A stretch of DNA of 64,000 bases from Glaucostegus cemiculus (Eukaryota): contig CDPCPM010000056.1 of the NCBI GenBank assembly GCA_976551045.1, positions 18,476,001-18,540,000 of the forward strand, in the 5' to 3' direction. The notes under the pieces were generated by a model. That model was not told the DNA's origin and did not search any database. It worked only from the letters and a program-made list of their open reading frames with translations. Of this stretch, positions 63,141 to 64,000 are shown piece after piece (position 1 is the first letter of the stretch; every line of letters begins with the position of its first letter). Made by a program: the position numbers and the translations under genes.

Positions 63141-64000
63141 GTCAGTCTCCAAAGATCCTCTCAATGGGTGACTCCAAAGGGAAAAGTTTATACTTAGAAC
63201 CATTCTTTCAAGAGGCCAACAATCCTGAGACCTATAAACTGCCAGTTATTGGTTCTCATTGTGAAGTTTCTAACTCCAAATGGCTCTTCATAAAAGCAAT
63301 AAACTTAAGAGATGATTCGATTTCTTTGCTGCTTTCCTCAGTAAGTTCACCATTGGAGCATTGCACAAATTACCATCTCCTTTCTGAGCATGTCGTAACA
63401 TATTTCACAAAAATTAAAAATAAGACTGTGGAACGACCAGAATTTAATCTCATTTTGAATGATTTTTTAAGAAAGCAAACACATCACCAGCCCATACGCT
63501 CAAGTAACTTTTCTGAAAGTAGAAATGAAACTGCCTGATTTTCTTTGCAACTGGTAGGAATTTTGAATCGTAAAATCATAAAGCTGTTTTTTTATAAGCA
63601 TTTAATCATTTTGTTACATGCAGTGCCTGATGAAAGTTAATTGCTCCTCCCACTCCCACCAATGTGTAATGGCTTCAGACACGAACAGAATCTCCAACTC
63701 TTCACAGCGCATTATGTTTGAAAATTATTCTCATTCTTTAATAATCAGCCTCTGTAACAGCTGGCTCACCACCCTTCAAGCTCAGCTGGAGTGGTAGAAA
63801 CAACAGTGGGTGCTACTGAGGAAATCAAGTCAAGCTGGAAGTAGTTAGAAACATGCAGCTGCAGTCTGTTTAACCCAGCTGACACTGAAGCTACTGGCCC
63901 TGGTAGAACAGGGGCTTGAAATTATCTACTTATTATGTATTGGCAGATTGCTGGTGGGAAAAGCAGTCTCCATAGAATGACATTCTCCTCACACTACCTC

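Noticed and set aside
63164-63538. 124-aa plus-strand ORF
   Set aside because: No homology recognised, AT-rich non-coding composition, no splice support.
1-64000. CRISPR array, operon, prophage or other prokaryotic system
   Set aside because: No regularly spaced repeats and no dense ORFs; the sequence is vertebrate repeat-rich non-coding DNA.

Overview
This is AT-rich, CpG-depleted eukaryotic DNA. The repeat content (CR1/HER1-type and L2 LINEs, Rex1/Babar LINEs, V-domain and Deu-domain SINEs, Penelope-like elements, Harbinger fossils) points to a cartilaginous fish, possibly a ray; that assignment is inference from remembered repeat families. I could not identify any intact protein-coding gene, and the window reads as a large intron or gene desert. 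It has one plausible + strand exon (153-261), a TATA/CpG first-exon candidate (about 2.6-2.8 kb), several CNE-like blocks and one 143-N gap. There is no prokaryotic-type system such as CRISPR or an operon. The most interesting signals are: (i) dispersed Penelope-derived, often palindromic, short repeats whose consensus rebuilds a minimal hammerhead ribozyme; (ii) a V-SINE whose tail resembles Rex1 rather than CR1; (iii) a near full-length Harbinger transposase fossil split by a SINE; and (iv) several templated or fold-back insertion scars. Boundaries of old repeats are approximate and all comparisons were made by eye.
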